Assembly: GCA_012838555.1 (NCBI GenBank)
Contig: DUOZ01000115.1
Location: forward strand, 2,226 to 66,225
Length of the DNA stretch: 64,000 nucleotides
Origin: a bacterium
GTDB lineage: Bacteria; Bacillota_I; Bacilli_A; RFN20; DUOZ01
Reading direction: 5' to 3'
Part shown: positions 54,179 to 63,480 of the stretch, piece by piece
Position numbering within the stretch: position 1 is the first letter of the stretch
How the letters are laid out: every line of letters begins with the position of its first letter
The notes under the pieces: model-generated
What the model saw: only the letters and a program-made list of their open reading frames with translations
What the model was told of the DNA's origin: nothing
The model's database searches: none
Made by a program: the position numbers and the translations under genes

Positions 54179-56532
54179 AAAAAACCTTAACTAAAATTTT
54201 AACATTTATCTTTATATTATTAGTAGCTTCTAGTTGTAATTCTTCTGGTAGTGATAAAGATTTAATGCTATATCTTTCATTTGATGAAGGAAGTGGCAAT
54301 AAGGTTGAAGATAAAGCTAAGAAATTAGATACAGCGACAGTTCAATATGTCTTTAATAATCCAAAGTTTCAACCCTCACCTCAAGATCCTCAGTGGCGAG
54401 AAAACGGTGTGATAAATGGAGCGTTACTGTTTGATGGGTATTCAAATTATATCCGTTATAACTATGAAGACATTAAGATAAGAGGTTCTTCTTTATCAAT
54501 AAGTGTGTTTGTAGCCCCTAGAGCTTTTGAATGGGATGACCCAAATGCTAAAGAAAAGGGTACTGATAAATTAACAGCGATTGCATCTCAATATAGTAAA
54601 GATACCAATAGTGGATTTATTCTAGGTTATCAACGTCACGGTGCATTTAGTTTCCAAGTTGGTCTTGGAGATCGTTGGTTAACTATTTGGGATGAGGGAA
54701 ATCCACTTAAGAAGTATGAATGGAACCATATAAGTGCGGTATTTGATGGTAAAAAAGGTAGAATGGCTCTTTATTTAAACGGAGAATTAATTAATGAAAA
54801 ATTATTTTTTGAAGGAGCTGAAATCGCACCAGCATATGATGAACCATTATTAATTGGTAGAAACAATTATCCTGGTTCAAATGCAACTGCTAGTTTAAAT
54901 ATGGTAAGTGGATTACTAGATGAATTAAAAATTTATAACCGAGTTTTAAGTACTAGTGAGATTGAAAAATATGTTAACGGTATTGACATACCAAAATTAG
55001 AATATGAAGATATTGCGTTAGTTAATATTCTGCAAGATGATTATTACAAAACTCAATATCATGGTGGTCCATATCAACATTGGATGAATGAACCACATGC
55101 GCCACTTTATTATAACGGTTATTATCACTTATTCTTCCAACATAATTTATTTGGTCCTTATTTTAGAAATATTGGTTGGGGACATTTAGTAAGTGAAGAT
55201 ATGGTCAATTGGCGTCCATTAAAGGAAATTATTATGCCAAGTGCAAATACAGTAGCACCTGATGGAGTTTGGTCAGGTGGAGCCACTTATGATAAAGATG
55301 GTGTACCAGTTTTATTCTTCACAGCAGGTAATGATTCATTTAGAAAAGATGGATTAATCAGCAATCAAAATATCGGTATTGCTCGACCTAAAGATAAAAA
55401 CGATCCATTACTTCAAGAATGGGTTGTAGGTGAAGAATTAGTAATTGCTCAACAGCCTGGTCAAGGTAAACCGGGTGAATTTAGAGATGCTCACCTGTTT
55501 ATTGAAGATGATACTTATTATTTCTTAATTGGTTCAGCAAGCACTAAACCAAATACAGGTGGAACAGCACTTCTATTTACTACTAAGGATGATTTAGAAA
55601 ACTGGACTTATAAAGGTCAATTATTTGAGATTCAAAATCAACCTGGTGATTTAGGTAGTGTGTGGGAGTTACCAGTCTTGTTACCGGTTTATAACGAAGC
55701 TAAAACAATTAAAAAGTATGTCTTTATTATCTCGCCAGCACCAGCCGATAGAGCAGATAACGACATTTATTACTGGATAGGTGATTTTGATAAAGTAAAT
55801 GGACGCTTTATCCCTGATGCAAGTTTTGGTAATAAACCTAGACTGCTTGATTATGGAAACAACGTCTTTACAGGTCCTTCAGGATTTATTGATCCAAAGA
55901 CAGGTAAGGCAATTATCTTCTCAATTATGCAAGATCAAAGATTACCTGGACATGTTGCTAGTTCTGGTTGGGCTAATAGTGTTGGATTAGCTAGAGAAAT
56001 CTACTTAAATGATGATGGTAGTGATCTAAAGATTAGACCAGTTGAAGCAATTAAAAACTTAGAAGACAAAACTCTAGCCGAGTTTAAAAATAAATCAGTT
56101 AATGACGCTAATGCGTTATTAAAAGATGTTAAAGGAGATATGCTTTATATCCATGTTGAATTTAAAAATGTGAGTGCAAGTAACTTTGGAATTAAAGTTA
56201 GAAAGAATGACAAAGTACTTGAAGAAACAGCTTTCTACTATGATGTAACTACATCTACAGTAGGAGTTAGAACAGGACTTAGTGGAGCTTATAGTAGTAA
56301 CCAAAATATTGCAGGTAAATTCTATGGACCATTAAGTTTAGATGAAAACACATTAAAAATGGATTTATATCTAGATAGATCATTAATTGAAGGATTCTTT
56401 AACTCTGATAAAGCAATCTCAGCTCGAGTGTATCCTGATATCACCTCATTAGGAATTGAATTATTTGAAGAAGGTGGCACGGTCGAGATTAAGAATATGG
56501 TAGTTAAGACCATGCGCTCAATTTATGAATAG
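54175..56532 (+). CDS. GH32 lipoprotein B: paralogue of A with LamG-like N-terminal domain and variant motifs
   Basis: The lipobox is ASSC. The LamG-like domain reads LYLSFDEGSGNKVEDK...LFDGYSNYIRY. GH32 block A is HWMNEPHAPLYY, with Glu at 55090-55092. RDP is replaced by FRDAHL and the EC motif by VWELPV. It overlaps the upstream gene by 4 nt. Confidence 0.8.
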   Translation: MKKTLTKILTFIFILLVASSCNSSGSDKDLMLYLSFDEGSGNKVEDKAKKLDTATVQYVFNNPKFQPSPQDPQWRENGVINGALLFDGYSNYIRYNYEDIKIRGSSLSISVFVAPRAFEWDDPNAKEKGTDKLTAIASQYSKDTNSGFILGYQRHGAFSFQVGLGDRWLTIWDEGNPLKKYEWNHISAVFDGKKGRMALYLNGELINEKLFFEGAEIAPAYDEPLLIGRNNYPGSNATASLNMVSGLLDELKIYNRVLSTSEIEKYVNGIDIPKLEYEDIALVNILQDDYYKTQYHGGPYQHWMNEPHAPLYYNGYYHLFFQHNLFGPYFRNIGWGHLVSEDMVNWRPLKEIIMPSANTVAPDGVWSGGATYDKDGVPVLFFTAGNDSFRKDGLISNQNIGIARPKDKNDPLLQEWVVGEELVIAQQPGQGKPGEFRDAHLFIEDDTYYFLIGSASTKPNTGGTALLFTTKDDLENWTYKGQLFEIQNQPGDLGSVWELPVLLPVYNEAKTIKKYVFIISPAPADRADNDIYYWIGDFDKVNGRFIPDASFGNKPRLLDYGNNVFTGPSGFIDPKTGKAIIFSIMQDQRLPGHVASSGWANSVGLAREIYLNDDGSDLKIRPVEAIKNLEDKTLAEFKNKSVNDANALLKDVKGDMLYIHVEFKNVSASNFGIKVRKNDKVLEETAFYYDVTTSTVGVRTGLSGAYSSNQNIAGKFYGPLSLDENTLKMDLYLDRSLIEGFFNSDKAISARVYPDITSLGIELFEEGGTVEIKNMVVKTMRSIYE

Positions 56533-56546
56533 AGGTGGGAAATGAA

Positions 56547-58583
56547 ATGAAAAGAATAACTAGTTTGGTAATGATTGGTATTATGCTCTTATTGTTTGGA
56601 TGTAATGATACCACAGTAAAAGAAATTACTAACCCAAGCTTTGAAACAGGAACATTAAGAGGTTGGGAAATAAAAGGAGAAGCCTTTAGTAATAGTGGAG
56701 TTATCTTTGATGATAAAGATAGTAAAGGAAATTATTACAATCAAGAGGGAGACTTCTTCTTCTATGGTGGAAAAGCCAAAAAAGGCTCTGTTGGTGAATT
56801 GTTATCAAATGAATTTATTTTAAGTGGAAATGGATTAATCGGTTTTAAAATTGGAGCCGGTAAGAATTATGAAAAATGTTATGTTGCCTTAATTGATAGT
56901 AAGGGTAATGTACTTGTTACTCGAGGCAATTATGAATTCGATGAAAATGACTCTGCAGATACATTACACCGCGTAATCTTAGATGCATCGAGTCACGTTG
57001 GAAAAAAAGTAAGAATTAAGGTTGTTGATAATGATAGTGGTGTAGATGGATATAACTACATCAATGTTGATGACTTTATAGTGAATTATCAAGGAGTTGT
57101 AGAACCAGTGGGAAAAGTAGCCAAAGCACATCAGTATGTCTTAGATAACATGCACAAAGTTAATCCTCGTTATCGTCAGACATATCATGCAATGCCCCCG
57201 CTTAATTGGGGGAACGATCCGAATGGATTAATTTATTATCAAGGAAAAGGTCATTTATTCTTCCAATTCAATCCTTATGATTCTGTTTGGGGTCCAATGC
57301 ATTGGGGGCATTACACTACCGAAGACTTTATTAAGTGGGAGTTGCAACCAGTTGCATTAGCACCAGACAAGGATTATGACAATCAATTTGGAGCCTTTAG
57401 CGGTACAGCGATTGAAAAGGACGGAAAGCTCTACTTAATGTATACAGGTGTAGCTAATGACTTACAACAACAAGCTCTAGCAGTCTCAAGTGATGGAATT
57501 ACGTTTGAGAAATTAAACCGTAATCCAGTTATAAGTGTCAATCAATTACCAAAAGGAGCTTCACCAAAAGACTTTAGAGATCCAAAAGTCTTTTATAAGG
57601 ACGGAAGTTACTATGCCATTATTGGTAGTAGGATGAACGGGTATGGAATGATTTTAATGTATAAATCTCATAATTTAACTTCATGGGAATATGTAGGAGA
57701 AGTTATGAATAGTTCCAATCCAAGTGAACCTAATTTCTATCAACTAAGTGGAGTTTATGAATGTCCTGATTTCTTTGAAATTGATGGTAAAGAAGTGATT
57801 ATTGCATCACCCCAATTCTTACCTCAAGATGGAAACAAATTCGAGAACATCCATTCAGTTGTCTATATGATTGGTAACTTTAACTATGAGACTGGAAGGT
57901 TTACTTATGATGAATTTATTGAATTTGACAGTGGATTTGATTTCTATGCGGCTCAAACATTAAAACATGAAGATGGTAGAACAATCTTAATCGCTTGGAA
58001 ACAAATGTGGGACCGTACTTTAGTTACTCAAGCAGATAACTGGGTAGGCTCATACACATTACCAAGAGAATTAACTTATAAAAATAACCGCATTTATCAA
58101 GCTCCAGTTAGAGAAATCGAAAATTATCGTAAGAACCATGTGAGCTATACTAATCAAGTTATTGATGAAAAATTAAAACTTGATAAGGTTGTTGGAACGA
58201 CTGTTGAATTAGAGTTTGAATTAGAAATGAATAATGCTTCTAAAGCAGGAGTTAAATTATTCAAAGGAGCTTATAACGAAACAGTCTTATCTTATGACAA
58301 AGCTACACAAACATTAACATTTGACCGCTCTAGAAGTGGTAAGTCAATTTCAGGAGCAGAATCAAATGACTTCTATCGTGCTGAAACGATTCCATTAATT
58401 GATGGAAAAATTAAATTAAGAATTTTCCTTGATGTATCAAGTGTGGAAGTCTTTATTAACGATGGATATATGACTATGACAAGTAATGTTTATCCAGATG
58501 AGTTTGATGTTGGCATTGAGTTCTTTTCTGAAAATGGTCAAGCAAGAATTACATCATTAGATAAATATGACATTATAGTTTAA
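56547..58583 (+). CDS. GH32 lipoprotein C: canonical beta-fructofuranosidase/fructanase with N-terminal CBM-like module
   Basis: The start MKRIT follows an AGAGGTGGG RBS, and the lipobox is LFGC. The N-terminal module runs from NPSFETGTLRGW to YINVDDFIV. Canonical motifs are present: NWGNDPNGLIYY (Asp at 57216-57218), FSGTA, FRDPKV and YECPDFF. Confidence 0.85.
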   Translation: MKRITSLVMIGIMLLLFGCNDTTVKEITNPSFETGTLRGWEIKGEAFSNSGVIFDDKDSKGNYYNQEGDFFFYGGKAKKGSVGELLSNEFILSGNGLIGFKIGAGKNYEKCYVALIDSKGNVLVTRGNYEFDENDSADTLHRVILDASSHVGKKVRIKVVDNDSGVDGYNYINVDDFIVNYQGVVEPVGKVAKAHQYVLDNMHKVNPRYRQTYHAMPPLNWGNDPNGLIYYQGKGHLFFQFNPYDSVWGPMHWGHYTTEDFIKWELQPVALAPDKDYDNQFGAFSGTAIEKDGKLYLMYTGVANDLQQQALAVSSDGITFEKLNRNPVISVNQLPKGASPKDFRDPKVFYKDGSYYAIIGSRMNGYGMILMYKSHNLTSWEYVGEVMNSSNPSEPNFYQLSGVYECPDFFEIDGKEVIIASPQFLPQDGNKFENIHSVVYMIGNFNYETGRFTYDEFIEFDSGFDFYAAQTLKHEDGRTILIAWKQMWDRTLVTQADNWVGSYTLPRELTYKNNRIYQAPVREIENYRKNHVSYTNQVIDEKLKLDKVVGTTVELEFELEMNNASKAGVKLFKGAYNETVLSYDKATQTLTFDRSRSGKSISGAESNDFYRAETIPLIDGKIKLRIFLDVSSVEVFINDGYMTMTSNVYPDEFDVGIEFFSENGQARITSLDKYDIIV

Positions 58584-58741
58584 AAATTTAATTTGATTAT
58601 TTAGGTCATAAAAAAGGAAAAAGGTTAGATTCATCCAAGTCATGTCGGGGTGATGATCAGGGAGAATCAAACCTTGTATATATAGCATACCACTTTTATG
58701 GCCTGAATATAAACAAAAAATGCAAAATGGAGGTAAAAAGT

Positions 58742-61492
58742 ATGAAAAACTTAGTAAAACGCATTTCAATCACCCTCCTTGCAGTGTTGACGCTATCAAT
58801 TGCATCAGCATGTAACAATCAAGGAGGTACTTCCATCCCTACAACTATCGAAAACGGTGGTTTTGAAGAAGGTACTCAAGAAACCTGGACAGGATGGACA
58901 AGAACAGGAACTGCCTTTTCATCTCGTGGTGTTGTTAATGATACACAGGTTAATGGCATAACTGTAGATAAAGAAGGCGAATATTGGTTTAGTGGACTAG
59001 ATGGTGGAACTCAAAAGATGACTGGTACACTTACATCAAATGTCTTTAAATTAACAGGAACAGGCCATATCGCTTTTAAAATGGGCGCAGCAAAATATGG
59101 AGACAAAATCTTTGTTGAATTCATTGAAGATGGTACTGATACTGTTTTAGCAAAAGTTACAAACAGTGATTACAATGAACCATGGATTACTGACCAAATG
59201 ATTCGTAAAATTGTTGACTTATCAGAACATTTAGATAAGAATATCTATATTAAAATTACTGATAATGATAACAATGATGATTATGGTTATGTTAACCTTG
59301 ATGACTTTGTTATTTGTCTAACTCAAGAAGATGTTAATAAATATACTACAGAAAGAAATAACCAATTAGAAGCTTATTCTGAACCAGAATTTGAAGAAGA
59401 TGAAACTTCAACAACAATTCAAAACCCTGGTTTTGAAACTGGAGATTTAACTGGTTGGAAAATCTTAAGTGGTACAGCCTTTGGTGGAAACGTAATTGTT
59501 CCTACTTCACAATACTACTGGACAGATAGATCAGTTTATGGTGAAGGTGAATACTACTTAGATGGCAATAACAATGGTGAAATTGCTGAATCTGCAGTAG
59601 GTGTAGTTCGTTCATCTAAATTCACTCTTGCAGGCGATGGCTTTATTTCATTCATGATTGGTGCTGCACCAACTAATTGTTATATTGCTATTAATGATGG
59701 TGTTACTGGTGAAGAATTAATTAAAGTTACAAATACTACCTTTAAAGACCCTGCTTTACCATTAACATTAAGAAGAGTTTATGTTGATGCCTCTGCTTAT
59801 TTAAATAAAGTATTATATATCACAATCGTGGATAACAATCCTTCAAGTGGTTTTGCCTTTATCACTGCGGATGATTTCCATGTAAGTATGACTGAAGAAG
59901 AAGTTGTTTCATTAATGAAATATCAATATGATAAGATTATGAATGAAACTTATACTGATTCATACAATTCATTATTACACTTACAAAACTATTATCAAAA
60001 CTATGAATATCCATTTGAACTTCCTGCATTAGTCTTTGAAAATAAAGCAAGTGGAGTTGTTAGTGGAATTAAAGAAGATGTTAACTTAAATGATTTCATT
60101 AAAGATGTCGTTATTAAATACGGTAGTGTAGATGTTCCAGCTGCAATTACTAAAGTTGTCTTTGAAGAAGAAACATTTACAGATGGTTTCGATTCATTTG
60201 ATTTAGCAAATGAAGGTACATATGTAGTTTACTATGGTGCTACATATGAAGGAGAAACTATTGAAGATTCATTCAATATCGTTGTGGCAGGTAACGTTAA
60301 CGTTGTTAACGGTGGCTTTGAAACTGGCGATATGACTGGTTGGACAGTTGTTGAAGGTGAAATTGATGACGGTGTTATCGATGCTGAAACATACTGGGGC
60401 GAAAAGATTGCTTATAACCGTCATGGTAACTATCACTTTGATGGTTGGACAGCAACTAGCGATGAACCAGCAGGATATGTCTTACGTTCAAATACATTTG
60501 TTCTATCAGGAACAGGTTGGGCTTCATTCATGATGGGTGGAAACGCTGCTAGAGTACGTGTTAGTTTAGCAGATGGTACACCAATTGGATACTTTACTAA
60601 CTATAAATTCCTTGATGAAGGATTCCCACTCTTAGCTACAGGTGGAAGATGGGCTACAATGACTAGATACTTTGTTGATTTATCAGCTTACCTAGGCGAA
60701 GAAGTCTATGTTGAATTAATCGATGACGCTAATGCTGCTGGTTGGGCAGTTGCCTTCTTTGATGAAATTAACTTCTACCATGAAACTACACCAGATGTAG
60801 AAAATGGATTTGATACAGTTCTAGAATCTAATGAAACTGGTGAAGAAGTTCAAATCCACTGGGAATATGCAGATAATGCTTATATCATTAATGGTGGCTT
60901 TGAAACTGGTGACATGACTGGATGGACTAGTGAAGAAGTTAAAGTTAATGCTGTTATTAGCGATTCATTCTACTGGAATGAAAAACTTCCATACAATCAA
61001 ACTGGTAATTACCACTTTGATGGATGGAGTTCAGGTGTAAATGAAAATGAAACTTATGCTTTAAGATCAACAGTATTTACACTACATGGAACAGGATATA
61101 TCTCTGTTAAAATGGGTGGAAATGCTGCAGCAGTTAAAGTTTACTTAGAAGATGGAACTCTTGTAGGTTTCTATAAACAAAACCGTTTCAGCGATACTAA
61201 CTTCCCTAACTTAGATCAAGGTGGTTCATGGGCTGATATGGGTAAATACTTCTTTGACTTAAGTGATTATGTAGGTCAAAAACTATATATCGAATTATTA
61301 GATATTGAAGTTGAAGGTTGGGCAGTTGCCTTCTTTGATGACGTAATTACTTACTATGAAGAATTACCTGATATTGATAATGGCTTTGACACTGTAACTT
61401 TATACTCTCTAGATGATGATGGTGAATTTACAGTTGAACGTAGTCATAACATTCCATGGCAATTAGCATCTAATCTAGTAGAAGCTGAATAA
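58742..61492 (+). CDS. Surface lipoprotein made of four tandem CBM-like beta-sandwich modules (homologous to the N-terminal module of GH32-C) and no catalytic domain
   Basis: It has a GGAGG RBS and a signal peptide with lipobox IASAC. The four repeats start at NGGFEEGT (about 58847), NPGFETGD (about 59417), NGGFETGDMTGW (about 60305) and NGGFETGDMTGW (about 60893). Each ends in a ..DDF.. motif. Confidence 0.6.
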   Translation: MKNLVKRISITLLAVLTLSIASACNNQGGTSIPTTIENGGFEEGTQETWTGWTRTGTAFSSRGVVNDTQVNGITVDKEGEYWFSGLDGGTQKMTGTLTSNVFKLTGTGHIAFKMGAAKYGDKIFVEFIEDGTDTVLAKVTNSDYNEPWITDQMIRKIVDLSEHLDKNIYIKITDNDNNDDYGYVNLDDFVICLTQEDVNKYTTERNNQLEAYSEPEFEEDETSTTIQNPGFETGDLTGWKILSGTAFGGNVIVPTSQYYWTDRSVYGEGEYYLDGNNNGEIAESAVGVVRSSKFTLAGDGFISFMIGAAPTNCYIAINDGVTGEELIKVTNTTFKDPALPLTLRRVYVDASAYLNKVLYITIVDNNPSSGFAFITADDFHVSMTEEEVVSLMKYQYDKIMNETYTDSYNSLLHLQNYYQNYEYPFELPALVFENKASGVVSGIKEDVNLNDFIKDVVIKYGSVDVPAAITKVVFEEETFTDGFDSFDLANEGTYVVYYGATYEGETIEDSFNIVVAGNVNVVNGGFETGDMTGWTVVEGEIDDGVIDAETYWGEKIAYNRHGNYHFDGWTATSDEPAGYVLRSNTFVLSGTGWASFMMGGNAARVRVSLADGTPIGYFTNYKFLDEGFPLLATGGRWATMTRYFVDLSAYLGEEVYVELIDDANAAGWAVAFFDEINFYHETTPDVENGFDTVLESNETGEEVQIHWEYADNAYIINGGFETGDMTGWTSEEVKVNAVISDSFYWNEKLPYNQTGNYHFDGWSSGVNENETYALRSTVFTLHGTGYISVKMGGNAAAVKVYLEDGTLVGFYKQNRFSDTNFPNLDQGGSWADMGKYFFDLSDYVGQKLYIELLDIEVEGWAVAFFDDVITYYEELPDIDNGFDTVTLYSLDDDGEFTVERSHNIPWQLASNLVEAE
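60305..61367 (+). repeat. Intragenic tandem duplication (modules 3 and 4) with near-identical DNA stretches
   Basis: A 26-nt identical run GGTTGGGCAGTTGCCTTCTTTGATGA occurs at 60741 and again at 61317. AACGGTGGCTTTGAAACTGG occurs at about 60308, with a 1-mismatch copy at about 60889. Confidence 0.6.
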
Positions 61493-61500
61493 TCCTTTAA

Positions 61501-61537
61501 TCAGAGGATGAAAAAGTCTCATCCTCTGATTTATTTT
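61501..61537 (+). terminator. Strong rho-independent terminator after the CBM-repeat lipoprotein gene
   Basis: An 11-bp stem TCAGAGGATGA/TCATCCTCTGA has a 7-nt loop and is followed by TTTATTTTAT. Confidence 0.7.
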
Positions 61538-61567
61538 ATGGTATATTATTAGTAAATAAATAAGTAG

Positions 61568-62548
61568 GTGGTCGATTTGGTTCAGATTAAAGATGTAGCA
61601 AAAAGAGCCGGATGCGGAACGAGCACTGTATCAAGAGTTCTAAATAATTCTGGCTATGTCTCAAAAGAAACACGAGAAAGAATTGAAAGAGCAATCAAAG
61701 AATTAAAATATGTGCCTAATCAGATGGGAAGAAATCTTAAGCGACTTAGTTCGCATTTAGTAGCATTATTTGTTCCAACAATCTCTCACCCATTCTTCTC
61801 TAAAATTGCATATTACATTGAAAATTATCTTTATAAATATGGGTTTAGAATGATTATAGTATCTTCTCAAGATAATAAGGAAAAAGAAGTTAAACTTCTT
61901 GATATGATAAAAAATAAACAAGTTGATGGGATTATCTTTATTACGACTCATATTCATGATGATGTTAATTTTGAAGGAATGTCTATTGTTACATTAGATA
62001 GAAAAATACCAGGAGTCCCTTGTATTGCCTCAAATAACTATGAGTCAACATATGAAGCGGTTGAATATTTAGTTAAACTAGGTTGTAAAAAAATTGGTTA
62101 TATCGGTGGTTTAACTAAAGTAGGTTCTGAAGTTGAAAAAAGATATGAAGCTTATTGTGATGTCATGAATAAGTATCAATTAGAGATTATTGATTGTCGT
62201 AAAGAAATATTACACGGAGAAGAGTACAATATCTCAAAAGAGTTTATTGATGAAAATCCTGATTTGGATGCGATTTTTGCTCAAAGTGATATATTTGCCC
62301 ATTGTTGTTATCTAATTGAATTGCAAAGAGGTAGAAAGATACCTGAAGATATTAAGATTGTTGGATATGATGGTGTTATGGATGAAATTTACCAACATCC
62401 TACTTTTACTGTTGTTAGGCAAAACTTAGATAAATTAAGTGAAAAAATTGTTCAACAATTAGTTAGACGAATGAAAAAGAAAAAGTGTGAGAAACTTTCA
62501 ATTGTACCTGCTGATTTTATTATTGGTGAAACTACTGAGGTGAAATAA
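61568..62548 (+). CDS. LacI-family transcriptional regulator
   Basis: It has a GTG or TTG start. The N-terminal HTH is IKDVAKRAGCGTSTVSRVLNN. The C-terminus is a periplasmic-binding-protein-like sugar-binding domain. Confidence 0.85.
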   Translation: MVDLVQIKDVAKRAGCGTSTVSRVLNNSGYVSKETRERIERAIKELKYVPNQMGRNLKRLSSHLVALFVPTISHPFFSKIAYYIENYLYKYGFRMIIVSSQDNKEKEVKLLDMIKNKQVDGIIFITTHIHDDVNFEGMSIVTLDRKIPGVPCIASNNYESTYEAVEYLVKLGCKKIGYIGGLTKVGSEVEKRYEAYCDVMNKYQLEIIDCRKEILHGEEYNISKEFIDENPDLDAIFAQSDIFAHCCYLIELQRGRKIPEDIKIVGYDGVMDEIYQHPTFTVVRQNLDKLSEKIVQQLVRRMKKKKCEKLSIVPADFIIGETTEVK

Positions 62549-62549
62549 G

Positions 62550-63479
62550 ATGATTTTATGTATTGGTGAAATACTTGTTGATTTAATTGGTAAAGAAGTA
62601 AATGGACGTACTAGTTATGATGTTTTTGCCGGAGGTGCTCCATTTAACGTAGCTTGTGGAATTAAAAATTTCGGAGGCAATGTTATATTTATCGGTAATG
62701 TTGGTGACGACATTATGGGTAGGTTTTTATTAGACTTCGCTAATAAAAGAAGTTTTGATAAATTATTAATTTCTCTAGATCAAGAACATAATACAACACT
62801 TGCTTTTGTTAAAAATGATGAAGATGGTGAAAGAAGTTTTTGCTTTCATCGTAAAAATACTGCTGATTATTTTTTTAATACAGATTACTTTGCTGAAATT
62901 GAAAATGCTGATATTGTTCATGTAGGTACTTTAATGTTATCAAATGAAGAAGGAAGAAAAATGGCAGACTTAATCATTGAAACAACAAAGAAAAGTGGTA
63001 AGTTATTAAGTCTTGATATTAACTTTAGAGATGATATTTATAAGAGCAAAGAAGAAGCAATTAAAGTATATCAACATTATGCTTCAAAGGCTGATATAAT
63101 TAAATATTCACTAGATGAACTTCAATTATTTTCATCTAAGCATGATATATATCAAGCTTTAAATGAAATAGCAAAGCCAAATCAATTAGTCTTTTTAACC
63201 TTAGGTAAAGAAGGTTCACTATGTTATTACAATCAAAATGTCGTTAAATCACATTCAATAAAAGTAATGTCTGTGGATACAACTGGAGCTGGTGATGCCT
63301 TTTATGGTGCGATTTTATCCCAACTTGACCGTATAGGATTTGAAAACTTTGTTAAGGATAAGAATGTAATTAAAGAGGTGTTAAGATTTGCTAATCTTAC
63401 TGGAGCTTTAACAACAACAAAAAAAGGCGCGATTGATGCCTTACCTACTTTAGAGGAGATTAATACATTTACTAAGTAA
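62550..63479 (+). CDS. Fructokinase (pfkB/ribokinase family)
   Basis: Its N-terminus reads ILCIGEILVDLIG and it carries the C-terminal TTGAGDAF motif. It is 309 aa and lies 1 nt after the LacI stop. Confidence 0.8.
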   Translation: MILCIGEILVDLIGKEVNGRTSYDVFAGGAPFNVACGIKNFGGNVIFIGNVGDDIMGRFLLDFANKRSFDKLLISLDQEHNTTLAFVKNDEDGERSFCFHRKNTADYFFNTDYFAEIENADIVHVGTLMLSNEEGRKMADLIIETTKKSGKLLSLDINFRDDIYKSKEEAIKVYQHYASKADIIKYSLDELQLFSSKHDIYQALNEIAKPNQLVFLTLGKEGSLCYYNQNVVKSHSIKVMSVDTTGAGDAFYGAILSQLDRIGFENFVKDKNVIKEVLRFANLTGALTTTKKGAIDALPTLEEINTFTK

Positions 63480-63480
63480 T

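Noticed and set aside
52769-55092. Glu-for-Asp in the GH32 nucleophile motif as a sequencing or assembly error
   Set aside because: The same GAA codon occurs independently in two diverged paralogues (about 45% identity) within different nucleotide contexts. It is accompanied by correlated changes in the EC and RDP motifs, which makes an artefact very unlikely.
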